In this document: positions 62,054-64,000 of the stretch, one piece after another
Layout: the number at the start of each line of letters is the position of its first letter
How positions within the stretch are numbered: position 1 is the stretch's first letter
Source: Octopus vulgaris
Taxonomy: Eukaryota
DNA: 64,000 bases
NCBI GenBank assembly: GCA_951406725.2
Contig: OX597832.1
Location: 1-64,000 of the forward strand
Direction: 5' to 3'
Notes under the pieces: model-generated
Databases searched by the model: none
What the model was told of the DNA's origin: nothing
What the model saw: the letters and a program-made list of their open reading frames with translations, nothing else
Made by a program: the position numbers and the translations under genes

Positions 62054-63430
62054 TTATATCAGTGGTTCGGTTTTTTCTTCTTCTTCCTTCTCTTTTTCTG
62101 GGCCTCGTGGGGGAGTCTGACGTAGGCCCTCGAATATATGTGGAGATGTTACATCCAACCTAAGTGGGCCTACGTCATGGAAGAATTCTGACTTTATCCG
62201 CCCGTAATCCTTCCGGTCTATTTTGTAAATTGCAAAGTCATTTTTTTTTCTACTCTCTTCACATTGGCCATGGCTGCCAACACGTTTCCGAGTCTGCTAT
62301 TTGATGCTTTTACGGCCATATATGAGTTCATTGACTCTTTTTTCTTTTTTAAAATTACTCTGGGAGGGGTGGTTTCCGTTTTTCTTTTTTTTTTTCCGAT
62401 AATTTTTGCCCACCCCTCCTCATTTATCTTTTCTTCGCTCTTTTTTTCTCCGCCGCTGGTTCTGCTGTTACCATCACCTCCACACCTTCAGTCTTCCCAT
62501 CTGGGCCGTCTGACGCTGCTTCTGGTGACACATTGTCTTCTTTTCCTTTTGGCTTAGGTGCTTCCTGCGGTTTGGGTTGGGGCTGGCATTCCGCCCTTAC
62601 ATGCCCCTTCTTACCGCAGCCGAAGCACCTCGGCTTTCTGCCCTCTACGAAGACTGTGACTCTTTCATCTTCGCTTATCCTAAGAGTCTCTGGGATCTCT
62701 TCCAGGGTTTGTACTTCTGCTTGTATGGCTATTATTATCTTTTGCCCTTTCCAGAATTCTTCTTCTTCTACGGTGGCCTGGAGGATGTTTATTTTTTCCT
62801 CCAGGCCTACCATAACTGCTGCCACTAGGACTTCGGCATCCGCTTCTGGCGGGATGTTGTTCATAGTGATTTTGGAAGTTCTCTTGCCTTTATACAGGGG
62901 TAGGAGAACAATATCCTCCGCTTTTATGGGTTCCATGGATAGCTTCTTCGCTACCTCCTCTGACGTGAATCTCACCTCCACTGTGCCGTATTTCTTCCCT
63001 CGATTGATATACGTAATTTTATCCATTATTGGCTTTAAGCAGTTTTCAATCTTTTTCTCCTCTATTTTTTGGATTGCTCTGTTTGTTATACTGAATGTCT
63101 TATAGATTATTCTCCTATTCGAAATATCCTCCTGTATTTGGGCGTTTGAAGCCACGGTTACTTCCGTGCCCTCTTTTGACACACAGTCCGCATGTTTTCC
63201 CAGGTTGTCCACGTTAATTTTTTTAATTTTCTTCCCAGCCACTTCAGCGAATTTTTTTGCTGGAGTTGATGCTGGTACTGGTTTTACCATTTTCTTGGGC
63301 GACGCCGCCTCTTTTTCTTCGGCGACAGCGCCTCTTTTTTTCTTGGCGACAACGCCTCTTTTTTACTTGGCGACAACGCCGGGTATTCATCCTCGCTCGT
63401 CATGGGCGAATAAGTGATGGGGGACTCCAT
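62054..63430 (-). CDS. ORF1, copy 2 (homopolymer frameshifts partly at different sites from copy 1)
   Basis: ATG at 63430; track ORF 62424-63290 with CFGCGKKGHVRAEC. Confidence 0.8.
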
Positions 63431-63657
63431 TTTGAACAAATGGCTTTAACAAGCCTTTGGTAATCTAAATTAATTGTAGTTTTCCCCCACTGAGGGGGGA
63501 ACACCAACGCGAAGTCTTCGCGCGAAGGTTGACTTCGTCCGTTAGACAACAATGGACAAAAAAAGGTAGACCAACAGTATATAATAACAGAGATAAGTAG
63601 TATGAGAGCAAAAATATATATCAACTTACTAATAACGCAATAAATTGATTTCCTCCA

Positions 63658-64000
63658 TGTGATTTTATTACTACCCACAAGGGGCGAACATAGAGGGGAC
63701 AATACAATCGGGGAACTTAAAATAAGAAAGCGAAATGACAAGAAGGGAAAAAATAAAAATAAAAATGACAAATGAAAGAATATTTACAATGAGATGCAAA
63801 TGCCCACTCGATCCCCGGAATCGAGAGGTTACATTTTCGTCACATATAGTTCACAATTTTTTTTTCCTTTTTTCTCTTCTTTCTTCTCTCTCCTCTCACA
63901 ATCTCACACGTATTCCATAATACCTTTCAAGTCTCTAAAGTCAATCACTGAGCCCTCAGGCAGCCGCTCTTTCATTCGAACACCCGTGTAAAAAATTACA
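63658..64000 (-). mobile_element. 3' end of a third, different element sharing only the terminal ~50 nt with the Tx1-like LINE
   Basis: TACCCACAAGGGGCGAACATAGAGGGGACAATACAATC at ~63673-63709, after which the sequence is unrelated to the copy 1/2 3' UTR; runs off the window. Confidence 0.8.

Larger units (their letters stand above)
58400..63648 (-). mobile_element. Full-length Tx1-like LINE, copy 2 (5258-bp period)
   Basis: Near-identical to copy 1; bounded by TTTCCTCCA at 58391-58399 and 63649-63657. Confidence 0.95.

Noticed and set aside
53533-63105. Plus-strand ORFs up to 313 aa (e.g. 56906-57847, 54388-54852)
   Set aside because: Antisense shadows of LINE ORF1/ORF2 with no recognisable motifs; the longest is not preserved at full length in copy 2.

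Overview
AT-rich, microsatellite-dense animal genomic DNA. The repeat complement is most consistent with a cephalopod such as Octopus (inferred from memory of the repeat types, not verified). Two intact, convergent host genes can be reconstructed with GT-AG splice sites and consistent phases: GNB1L (WD40; + strand, two coding exons, 18477-21455, 319 aa) and mitochondrial MnSOD SOD2 (- strand, four coding exons, 41223-23239, 238 aa). A decayed TOE1-like fragment lies at ~14.4-15.1 kb. The rest is transposon-derived: Penelope-like elements with hammerhead-type motifs and a ~1.8 kb inverted duplication, many RTE fragments, tRNA-derived SINEs, mariner/Tc1 elements and Helitrons. The right end holds a head-to-tail array of young, full-length Tx1-like (L1-clade) LINEs with a 5258-bp period. 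Three linked observations are the main result. (1) Every array junction carries the same 9-mer, TGGAGGAAA, which is also the uninterrupted site in a neighbouring copy of the host repeat. (2) The last ~45 nt of the LINE are shared by a different third element and by a complete tRNA-SINE at 3.9-4.2 kb. (3) Several ORF1-only relatives lie nearby. Together these suggest a site-preferring Tx1-like LINE with dependent non-autonomous partners that share one 3' tail.
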